This document shows, in pieces, positions 10,833-18,851 of a stretch of DNA of 64,000 bases (the stretch's first letter is position 1; the number at the start of each line of letters is the position of its first letter). Position numbers and translations under genes: made by a program. The DNA comes from Gemmatimonadales bacterium (GTDB lineage Bacteria > Gemmatimonadota > Gemmatimonadetes > Gemmatimonadales > GWC2-71-9), in contig OZ252244.1 in the NCBI GenBank assembly GCA_965249575.1, positions 1,056,001-1,120,000 on the forward strand. Reading direction: 5' to 3'. The notes under the pieces were generated by a model. It worked only from the letters and a program-made list of their open reading frames with translations, had not been told where the DNA came from and did not search any database.

Positions 10833-11552
10833 ATGACTACGGAGCCCGCGCACTACACGCTGAGGGATCTCGCTCGGCAGCTCGACGTTCCGGAGTCGAC
10901 GGTCCGCTACTATCGCGATATCTATGGCGCCTACCTGCCGACCGTCGGGACCGGACGCAGGCGCTTGTATCCTCCCCTGGCCCTGGACATGCTGTCGGTC
11001 ATAGCCGACGGATATGCCCGCAATCTGAGCCGGGAGCAGATCGAGACCGCACTCTCAGACGTGTTGGCCGACGGAGGTAACGCCGCACCCGTTCCCGTGC
11101 AGGTCGATCAGCGGCCCGCCCATCCGCTTGCCCATGCCGACCTGCTCGCTACCGTCCTGGATGGCGAGCGTGAGCGACGCGAGGTCATGTGGCAGCTGGC
11201 GAAGGAAATCGTGCGACTGGGTGAGGCAATCGAGCGCCAACACCACATCCTCTCGGAAGTCGCGCGGCGTATGGACGATCCTCCTCGGCCCTCACTCCCA
11301 GCCGCCTCGGCTGGCTCCCGGGGGGACGGCGATTACGCCGCGACGAGGCAAAAACTCGACCACGAGATGGACGCACTGCGCGAAGAACTGGAGCGAGAAC
11401 GAGATCTTGTCGAGCGCCTCCGGCGTTCGAAGTTGGCGATCGAGCATCGAGTGGCAGATGCAGAGGCTCAGCTCCGGAGCACCACCTCCACCCAACGCCA
11501 CGGTTTGCTCGAGCGACTCCTCGCTCGTCGCGAGGGCCAGAGTCCTCCGTAA
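10833..11552 (+). CDS. MerR-type HTH protein with coiled coil (RacA-like architecture)
   Basis: YTLRDLARQLDVPESTVRYY..GRRRLYP HTH; two coiled-coil stretches; C-terminal HGLLERLLARR. Confidence 0.7.
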   Translation: MTTEPAHYTLRDLARQLDVPESTVRYYRDIYGAYLPTVGTGRRRLYPPLALDMLSVIADGYARNLSREQIETALSDVLADGGNAAPVPVQVDQRPAHPLAHADLLATVLDGERERREVMWQLAKEIVRLGEAIERQHHILSEVARRMDDPPRPSLPAASAGSRGDGDYAATRQKLDHEMDALREELERERDLVERLRRSKLAIEHRVADAEAQLRSTTSTQRHGLLERLLARREGQSPP

Positions 11553-11567
11553 CTCCGCCCACCGCCC

Positions 11568-12230
11568 ATGACCGCGTCGTCGCCCTTTAGCTGGAAAGCC
11601 GAACGGCACAAGATGGTCCGCCGCCAACTGGTGGACCGGGGCCTCACCGACCGGCGGGTGCTGGCCGCGATGGCGGGCGTGCCCCGAGACCACTTCGTGC
11701 CCGAACATCTGCTCGATCGTGCTTATGACGACACGCCCCTGCCGGTCGGACACGGACAGACGATTTCCCAGCCCTACATCGTAGCGCTCATGACCATTGA
11801 GGCCGGCCTCACGCGGCAAAGCGTGGTTCTGGAAGTTGGGACCGGCACCGGGTATCACACCGCTGTGCTCGCGCGGATCGCCCGGCACATCGTGAGTGTC
11901 GAGCGGTTGGCGACGCTCTCGGCGGGAGCCGCCGGACGATTGTCACGAATCGGAATTCGCAACGTCGATTGCGTGGTCGGGGACGGCGCAGTGGGGAGCA
12001 CACCCTCGGCCCCATACGATGCCGTGATCGTCACGGCAGCCGCACCCGGGCCACCCCGTGCCCTGCTCGAGCAAGTGAAGGTGGGCGGACGGCTGGTGAT
12101 CCCGATTGGATCGCGAGACATCCAGGAGCTCACGGTCTTCGAGCGGCTGGCACGTGGGTACGACCGGCGCGGCGCTGGCGCGTGCCGCTTCGTACCGCTG
12201 GTCTCGCCCGCGTCCTTCGACCAAGGTTGA
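11568..12230 (+). CDS. pcm: Protein-L-isoaspartate O-methyltransferase
   Basis: VPRDHFVP, GQTISQPYIVA, VLEVGTGTGYHTA, PYDAVIVTAA, CRFVPLV. Confidence 0.96.
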   Translation: MTASSPFSWKAERHKMVRRQLVDRGLTDRRVLAAMAGVPRDHFVPEHLLDRAYDDTPLPVGHGQTISQPYIVALMTIEAGLTRQSVVLEVGTGTGYHTAVLARIARHIVSVERLATLSAGAAGRLSRIGIRNVDCVVGDGAVGSTPSAPYDAVIVTAAAPGPPRALLEQVKVGGRLVIPIGSRDIQELTVFERLARGYDRRGAGACRFVPLVSPASFDQG

Positions 12231-13092
12231 TGCGGGATGATCTCCTCGGTGCACACGTCTCGACGGCCGGCGGGGCGGCCCGGGCGCCAGCCCGTGGGCG
12301 CGCCATCGGAGCCACGGCAATCCAAGTCTTCACGAAATCTCCCAATCAGTGGCGAGAGCCGGTACTTGGGGCCGAGGAGGCTGCTGCATACCGTCTCGAA
12401 GCCGCCACCCAGGGCATCCGGACCGCGATCTCCCACGACTCCTACCTGATCAACCTCGCCTCCCCGGATAAGCGCCTGCGTGCGCGCTCCATGGCGTGCT
12501 TCAAGGGCGAGCTCCGACGTGCCGCGCAGCTTGGCCTTAGCCACGTCGTGACCCACCCCGGACACTTCATGCGCGACCGGATGGCCGGCCTGAAGCGGAG
12601 CGCTTCGGGATACGCGGAGTGTCTTTCTTCCGTTCGGGGACCCGGAATCCTGATCGAAACGGCAGCAGGATCGGGAACCGTGCTCGGCGCGACGTTCGAG
12701 GAGTTGGCCGAGCTGCGGCGGCAGATCCCGCCGAGGGTCCGGGCGCGGGTCGGCTTTTGCATGGATACGTGTCACGTCTTCGCGGCGGGCTACGATCTCG
12801 TCGACGGCTGGGACCGCGTCTGGTCGGAGTGGGATCGAGCGGTCGGACGCCGGCACCTGCGCTGCATGCACCTCAACGACTCGAAGGCACCGCTCGGATC
12901 GCGCCGGGACCGCCACGAGCTGATCGGCGAAGGGATGTTGGGCGCTGGCCCCTTTCGTCGGATCATGCCGACCCGCGATTCGCACGGGTCATCAAGATTA
13001 TCGAAACCCCGAAAGGGGACGACCCAGAGCGGCAAGATCGCCGCATGTTGCGGCGACTGAGAGCGTTCGGGCGGGTACCAACCTGCTCCTAG
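12230..13092 (+). CDS. nfo: Endonuclease IV (1-bp frameshift near 12967)
   Basis: [53 protein letters not shown]. The C-terminal [18 protein letters not shown] lies in another frame (ATGCCGAC where ATG GCC GAC is expected). Confidence 0.9.
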
Positions 13093-13234
13093 CCCCGCCC
13101 CATCCGCCCACTCGGCCACCGGTCGCGCCCCCCCCTGGCACACGACCTGCGCGCTCGGAAAATGTGTTAGTTTTCTCGCTCGCCGGGCCCCCACGGCCGG
13201 GATGCTTGCTTCAGCGATCGAGACCGTAACCGAC

Positions 13235-14836
13235 ATGGCCACAACGACATATAGCGAGCCGAAGGGCGGCTCTTTTGCACCGGCCCTGTTTCCCACGTCT
13301 GAGGTCTACTGGAACCTCGGGCCCGCCGCCCTCTACGAGGCAGCGGTACGAAGGGGCGAGGGACAGGTCACCAAGGGCGGCGCTTTCAGCGCGACCACAA
13401 CGCCCCACACAGGGCGCTCGCCCGGTGACAAATTCGTGGTGCAAGATCCGGATTCCGAGGGTGAGATATGGTGGGGCAGGGTCAATCAGCCCATGGAGAC
13501 GGTGCACTACTCGCGACTCTACAAGGATGTGGTGAAGTATCTCGGAAGCCGCGAGCTGTTCGTGGCGGATCTCTTCGCCGGGGCTGATCCGGCGCTTCGA
13601 ATCAGTGTGCGCTTCGTGACCACGAACGCATGGCATGCGCTGTTCGTGCACAACATGTTCATCCGGCCGGGGCCTCGCGAGCTGGGGGACTTCACCCCGC
13701 GGTTCACCGTCCTGCACGCACCGGAGTTCCAGGCGAACCCCGCGACGCACGGGACAAAGACCGGCACATTCATCGTCGTGAACTTCGCCGAGCGCGTGGT
13801 TTTGATCGGCGGTACCCGCTATGCCGGGGAGATGAAGAAGTCGATCTTCACCGTATTGAACTATGTCTATCCGAAGCGCGGTGTCCTGCCGATGCACTGT
13901 TCGGCCAACGTCGGTCCGGACGGCGATACCGCCGTGTTCTTTGGGCTTTCGGGCACGGGCAAGACCACCCTCTCGGCGGATCCCACGCGGGGCCTGATCG
14001 GCGACGACGAACACGGATGGGCAGATGACGGGGTGTTCAACTTCGAGGGTGGGTGCTATGCGAAGGTGATCCGGCTCTCGGCCGAAGGCGAGCCTGAGAT
14101 TCACGCAACGACCCGGATGTTCGGTACGATTCTGGAGAACGTCGTCGTCGACCAAGGCACGCGTCAGGTCAATTTCGACGACGATTCGATCACCGAAAAC
14201 ACCCGGGCCTCTTACCCCATCCACTTCATACCGAACCACGTGCCTAGCGGGAGAGCGGGGCACCCGCGCAACATCATCCTCCTCACCGCTGACGCCTTCG
14301 GCGTCATGCCGCAGCTCGCGAAGCTGACGCCCGCGCAGACGATGTACCACTTCCTGTCCGGCTACACGGCGAAGGTGGCTGGCACGGAGCGCGGGGTTAC
14401 CGAGCCGCAAGCAACATTCAGTGCTTGCTTCGGCGCGCCGTTCCTCCCGCTCCACCCCAGTGTGTATGCCGAGATGTTGGGCGAGCGCATCGCTCAGCAC
14501 GACGTACGGTGCTGGTTGGTGAACACCGGATGGACGGGCGGGCCATATGGTGAAGGAACACGTATGAAGCTGGCGCACACCCGCGCCATGATCCGGGCGG
14601 CTCTCGACGGCGCTCTTGATGACGTGGCGACGAAACCCGACCCGACGTTCGGCTTTCAGGTACCGGTCGCGGTCCCGGGAGTCCCGACGGAGATACTCGA
14701 TGCTCGAAGCACGTGGTCGGACAAGAAGCGTTACGATGCACAGGCCGCAAAGCTCGCGACGATGTTCCAGGACAGCTTCGGCCGGTTTGCAGAAAAGGCA
14801 TCCGACGAGGTAGTAGACGCGGGACCCAAGGTATAA
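13235..14836 (+). CDS. pckA: Phosphoenolpyruvate carboxykinase (ATP)
   Basis: [65 protein letters not shown]; start ATG 13235 (alternative 13202). Confidence 0.98.
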   Translation: MATTTYSEPKGGSFAPALFPTSEVYWNLGPAALYEAAVRRGEGQVTKGGAFSATTTPHTGRSPGDKFVVQDPDSEGEIWWGRVNQPMETVHYSRLYKDVVKYLGSRELFVADLFAGADPALRISVRFVTTNAWHALFVHNMFIRPGPRELGDFTPRFTVLHAPEFQANPATHGTKTGTFIVVNFAERVVLIGGTRYAGEMKKSIFTVLNYVYPKRGVLPMHCSANVGPDGDTAVFFGLSGTGKTTLSADPTRGLIGDDEHGWADDGVFNFEGGCYAKVIRLSAEGEPEIHATTRMFGTILENVVVDQGTRQVNFDDDSITENTRASYPIHFIPNHVPSGRAGHPRNIILLTADAFGVMPQLAKLTPAQTMYHFLSGYTAKVAGTERGVTEPQATFSACFGAPFLPLHPSVYAEMLGERIAQHDVRCWLVNTGWTGGPYGEGTRMKLAHTRAMIRAALDGALDDVATKPDPTFGFQVPVAVPGVPTEILDARSTWSDKKRYDAQAAKLATMFQDSFGRFAEKASDEVVDAGPKV

Positions 14837-14842
14837 ACCCCG

Positions 14843-16144
14843 ATGGTGGCCCGGAGCGCCTTCAAGGTCATCCGCGACCCGCTCTGGAACAACATCGCCG
14901 TCGACGCCGATGCCGCATCCCTGATCGATAGCGAGCCGTTTCAGCGCCTCCGCTACATCCGCCAGCTCGGCCATGCATACCTCGTCTATCCCGGCGCCAC
15001 ACATACCCGGTTCGAACACGCCCTCGGAGCGTATCACCTCTCGCGACGTGCCCTTTCACTGCTCCGGGACCAGGGAGCGTTGGAGGGGATTCCCCATGAG
15101 GAAACCCTTCTCGTCCTCCTCGCCGCACTCCTCCACGACATCGGGCACTACCCGTTCTCACACGCACTCGAGGAAGCCGGGCTCCCATCGCACGAGCACC
15201 TGGCCGCGGCGCGATTGGAGCACCCGGAGATCCGCCGCGCGCTCCTGGCGGTCGGTATTACGGAGTGTACCGAGCGAATCGCCGCGCTCATCGGCGGGAC
15301 CAGCGGTTCCCCCCTTCAGGGACTGATCTCGGGCTCGCTGGACCTCGACAAGATCGAGTATCTGACGCGGGACGCATGGATGTGCGGCGTTCCCTACGGC
15401 ACGGTTGACGTTGACCGGCTCATTCATTCGCTCGTGGTGGTACGGCGCGAGCCAAAGGATGGCACGTCGGATCGAGCAGCCCCCACTCCCGCCATCGGCG
15501 TTCACGAGAAGGGCCTGAGCGCGCTCGAATCCCTGTTGTTCGCCAAGTACCAGATGTACCGCAACGTCTACTGGCACCACGCCGTGCGGAGCGCCACCGT
15601 CATGTTCAAGCGCCTGGTGCGGACGGCGCTCAAGCAAGGTGACCTCGAGACGGGATGGATCGCCCACAGCACTGACGAGGCGCTCATGGAGCGGCTGCGG
15701 AGACTGCCCAATGCGCCGTTGGCGCGTCGGCTGCGGGATCGGAAGCTCTACAAGCGCGCTGTGGACCTGGCGGCCACGGAGGCACCGAGCGGAGCGGGTG
15801 AGTGGGTTGCCGCAGACCCCGGCCTCGTCGAGCAGGTCGAGGACCGGCTGGCAGAGGAGGTCGGCCTCACCGCCGGCGACATCCTCCTCGACTTCCCTGC
15901 CAAGCCGCAGATGCTGTCGGCCGACCTCCCGCTCCTCAATCATCGTGGTGAGGTCGAGCCGTTGCGACTGGGATTGCAACGGATCGCCGAGGAGTTGCAC
16001 ACGAGCGCACGCCGGTTTCGGGTGTTCCTCGGAGAGCCCGTGACCCTCGACGCGCGTGCCATCGTCGCGTTACTGGAACGGCCGGCTGAAGAGATGCGCG
16101 CGGCGCTGCGAGAGGGCCGACCGCTACTCGCGGCGGGACGCTAG
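14843..16144 (+). CDS. HD-domain phosphohydrolase (SAMHD1/dNTP triphosphohydrolase-like)
   Basis: FQRLRYIRQLG..VYPGATHTRFEHALG, LLHDIGHYPFSHALE, LDLDKIEYLTRD, MYRNVYWHH. Confidence 0.88.
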   Translation: MVARSAFKVIRDPLWNNIAVDADAASLIDSEPFQRLRYIRQLGHAYLVYPGATHTRFEHALGAYHLSRRALSLLRDQGALEGIPHEETLLVLLAALLHDIGHYPFSHALEEAGLPSHEHLAAARLEHPEIRRALLAVGITECTERIAALIGGTSGSPLQGLISGSLDLDKIEYLTRDAWMCGVPYGTVDVDRLIHSLVVVRREPKDGTSDRAAPTPAIGVHEKGLSALESLLFAKYQMYRNVYWHHAVRSATVMFKRLVRTALKQGDLETGWIAHSTDEALMERLRRLPNAPLARRLRDRKLYKRAVDLAATEAPSGAGEWVAADPGLVEQVEDRLAEEVGLTAGDILLDFPAKPQMLSADLPLLNHRGEVEPLRLGLQRIAEELHTSARRFRVFLGEPVTLDARAIVALLERPAEEMRAALREGRPLLAAGR

Positions 16145-16326
16145 CCTTCGAGCGTTTGGCCGCCGGCTTCGGCAAGTCGCGACGCCAGCGCCCGGTAGTA
16201 GGCCGCGTCGTCGGCACGACCCGCGTTCTCCATGGAAAGGGCGCAAACCTCGAGCGCGTAGAGAATGGGCCCGAGATGTTCGGCCGCCACGCGACCGACG
16301 GTGTCCGGGTTCGGGCCGGCGGTCAC
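16141..16326 (-). CDS. Small hypothetical protein (61 aa)
   Basis: GTG start overlaps the PP2C stop (GTGA); VTAGPNPDTVGRVAAEHLGPILYALEVCALSMENAGRADDAAYYRALASRLAEAGG is helical and fills the gap exactly. Confidence 0.55.
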   Translation of the reverse strand: MTAGPNPDTVGRVAAEHLGPILYALEVCALSMENAGRADDAAYYRALASRLAEAGGQTLEG

Positions 16327-17111
16327 CCTCCGGCGACGGCCGCCGTCGAGGTCTCGTCTTGCGCGGCGTCCACACGGTCGACCCGAATGAGGACGGCCGT
16401 GATGTTGTCCAGGCCTCCCCTGTCGTTCGCTTCGACGATCAATGTATCCACGATCTCCTGCGGAACCCGCTCGGCGTCCAGGATCGCGTAGAGCTCGTTG
16501 TCCTCCAGCATGCCGGTCAGCCCGTCGGAAGCGAGCAGATACAGATCTCCCGCCCGCAGCGTACCGACATACACGTCGGGCGCGACCTCTCCATTGGCGC
16601 CGACACACCGCGTGATGACGTTGCTGTAGGGATGCGTCCGGGCCTGCTCGGGCGTGAGATGACCCGCATCAACCTGCTCTTGGACGTACGAGTGGTCCTT
16701 GGTGAGCTGAACGAGCTGCCCGTCACGCAGCAGGTAGGCGCGGCTGTCACCGACTTGGCCGATGAGATACCGCGGCCCGTTGATCTTCATGGCGGTCGCG
16801 GTCGTTCCCATCCCCCGCTTGTCCTGCTCGTCGAGCGTGCGCTGATAGATCGCAGCGTTTGCTTCTCGAATGGAGCGTCGGATCGCCTCGGCCGCCTCAG
16901 AATCAGACAGGTCGGACACGCTTCCGAGCTCTTTGGCGATGATGCGGACCGCCATCTCGCTGGCGACTTCCCCAGCGGCGTGCCCCCCCATCCCGTCGGC
17001 CACGACGAATACCCCACGCGCCGGGACCATGAGATAGTTGTCCTCGTTGCCGGACCGGATGACGCCGACATCCGTCCGGCCGGCGCAGGTGAGCGAAACG
17101 CCGGTGGTCAA
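16323..17111 (-). CDS. PP2C-type Ser/Thr protein phosphatase (Stp1/PrpC family)
   Basis: TDVGVIRSGNEDN, VVADGMGGHAAGEVAS, GMGTT, GDSRAY, LTKDHS, SDGLT, GGLDNIT; probable TTG start at 17111. Confidence 0.93.
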   Translation of the reverse strand: MTTGVSLTCAGRTDVGVIRSGNEDNYLMVPARGVFVVADGMGGHAAGEVASEMAVRIIAKELGSVSDLSDSEAAEAIRRSIREANAAIYQRTLDEQDKRGMGTTATAMKINGPRYLIGQVGDSRAYLLRDGQLVQLTKDHSYVQEQVDAGHLTPEQARTHPYSNVITRCVGANGEVAPDVYVGTLRAGDLYLLASDGLTGMLEDNELYAILDAERVPQEIVDTLIVEANDRGGLDNITAVLIRVDRVDAAQDETSTAAVAGG

Positions 17112-17112
17112 G

Positions 17113-18705
17113 CTACCGGGCGAGGAGGAGGAACGCGAACACAATCGCGCCGAGGATGAGCAACACGAGCAGAAGGGTCAACCAGGGAGACCGCTGCGCC
17201 GGCTGTGGGCGCCGGAGGGGCGGCCGGGGCGCGCGGGTCGGCCGACGCCCCTGCACCTGATCCGGAGCGTGGGCGGTCGGACCAGGTCCGGCGCCGCCCC
17301 CGCCCACGCCCCCACTCGAGGGCGGCGGTGACGACGCGGCGGACCGCGGTGACTGCCCCCCACTCCCTGACGGCTTCGCGGGTGGGATCTTGATCGCCTG
17401 GAGCATCTTCGTGGAAGACCCCTTCGCCGCGTCGATCGTGTCGTCGGTGGGCTCGAACATCGTGCCAACCGCGCCGAATCGCACGAGTGCGCCCGGCGCC
17501 AAGGGGGCCTCCCCCGACACCTGCTCGCCATCCACAAAGGTCCCATTCGTAGAGTCCAGATCGACCAGAACCCAAACCCCTTCACGGCGCTGCAACTTGG
17601 CGTGCACCGTGGACACACTGTCCTCCGGAAGCACGATGTCGTTGTAGTCGGCCCGCCCGACGTTCACCACCGGGATACGAATCGGAAATCGGTGGCCCTT
17701 CATCGTCCCGCTCCGGACGAGCAGGGTCGCGAGGACGCCCCCCGAGCTCGGGCGCGCCGCCGGCTCTGCGGTCGACCCCCTCTGGGGCGCCCTCACCACG
17801 GCATCTTCGCCGGTTCTGGGGGAGACCGGTACCGCGTCGGCGCCCGCCCTTGTACTCCCGCTTTGGGAGCCGACACCCGGTATCCCATGCAGCCTGTTGG
17901 ACAACTGCTGCGCGGCTCCTGGGGGCGGGCCAGTAGGCTGTGTTTTTTGTGAGCCTGGGCTGACGGTCGGCGCCGTGGTCACCTGCGCATCCGGGGGTGA
18001 GGCCGCGGCCGGTGAAGGCGCTTGCTCCGGCGCGGGGGCAGGGGCAGCGTCAGCGTAAAACCGAAAATCGTCATCCCCTAGGCGAACGACGTCGGCGCGG
18101 GCGAGCAGGCGCTGTCCTCCGATCTGCTCCCCGTTCACGAACGTTCCATTAGTACTGCTGTCGATCACTAGATATCCCTTGGGCGTCACGATGATCTCCG
18201 CATGACGCCGGGAGACGTTCTTGTTCGTGAGCACGACCTCGCAGCTGGCATCACGACCAATCACGAGCGACTGGCCCGAAATCGTGTATTCCCGGCCGTC
18301 CGTCAGACAGACCAGCCGGCCCCCTGTTGACGCGGTTGCCGTCTTGGGACCGGAGGATTTGCCGGAGGCCGCCGCCATCGCGGCTGGATCGACAGCCTGG
18401 ACGTACTGCGTACTCCCGCTGCGCCGCTCATCGACGTAGAGCAGCTCTTGCTTGCCAATCTGTATTTTGTCGCCATGCAAGAGCGGCGATGGCTGCGGGC
18501 CAAGCCGCACGCCATTTATGAGGATCTGCAGGTTGTCGGACGCCTTCCGGACAGCGACCTGACCGTCTGGCAGGGTCCGCAACACGGCGTGTCGAGGCTC
18601 GACACCTTCACCGCTCAACATTACGTGTGCGGACGGATCGCTTCCGATGATCGCCTCCCCGGGGGGAATGCGATGGCGCCGTCCACCGAACTCTAGGAAA
18701 GACAT
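17113..18705 (-). CDS. Triple FHA-domain protein with Pro-rich linkers and C-terminal membrane anchor
   Basis: FHA motifs IGSD..VEPRHA, IGRD..VSRRHA..STNGTFVNG and VGRA..VSTVHA..STNGTFVDG; C-terminal WLTLLLVLLILGAIVFAFLLLAR. Confidence 0.88.
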   Translation of the reverse strand: MSFLEFGGRRHRIPPGEAIIGSDPSAHVMLSGEGVEPRHAVLRTLPDGQVAVRKASDNLQILINGVRLGPQPSPLLHGDKIQIGKQELLYVDERRSGSTQYVQAVDPAAMAAASGKSSGPKTATASTGGRLVCLTDGREYTISGQSLVIGRDASCEVVLTNKNVSRRHAEIIVTPKGYLVIDSSTNGTFVNGEQIGGQRLLARADVVRLGDDDFRFYADAAPAPAPEQAPSPAAASPPDAQVTTAPTVSPGSQKTQPTGPPPGAAQQLSNRLHGIPGVGSQSGSTRAGADAVPVSPRTGEDAVVRAPQRGSTAEPAARPSSGGVLATLLVRSGTMKGHRFPIRIPVVNVGRADYNDIVLPEDSVSTVHAKLQRREGVWVLVDLDSTNGTFVDGEQVSGEAPLAPGALVRFGAVGTMFEPTDDTIDAAKGSSTKMLQAIKIPPAKPSGSGGQSPRSAASSPPPSSGGVGGGGAGPGPTAHAPDQVQGRRPTRAPRPPLRRPQPAQRSPWLTLLLVLLILGAIVFAFLLLAR

Positions 18706-18851
18706 CGGGTTCCTCGATCTGCGAGGCGTATCTACCAGAAATTACTTTGGGCCGTCCAGCGGTGCAACCAAACCGGAACGGCGCCCATCGCGCGGGGCCA
18801 CGATTGGCATGGCCTTGTAGGGGTGGAGGTGCCGTCCTATGCTTCACACCT

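Noticed and set aside
13211..15037. 608-aa antisense ORF over pckA, and similar long antisense ORFs (3226-4464, 4511-5587, 9425-10588, 52286-53896)
   Set aside because: Shadow ORFs expected in high-GC coding DNA; no motifs, and each lies opposite a well-supported gene.
16323..18705. Type VI secretion FHA/PppA module
   Set aside because: No tss genes or kinase in the window, and the triple-FHA tail-anchored architecture differs from TagH.
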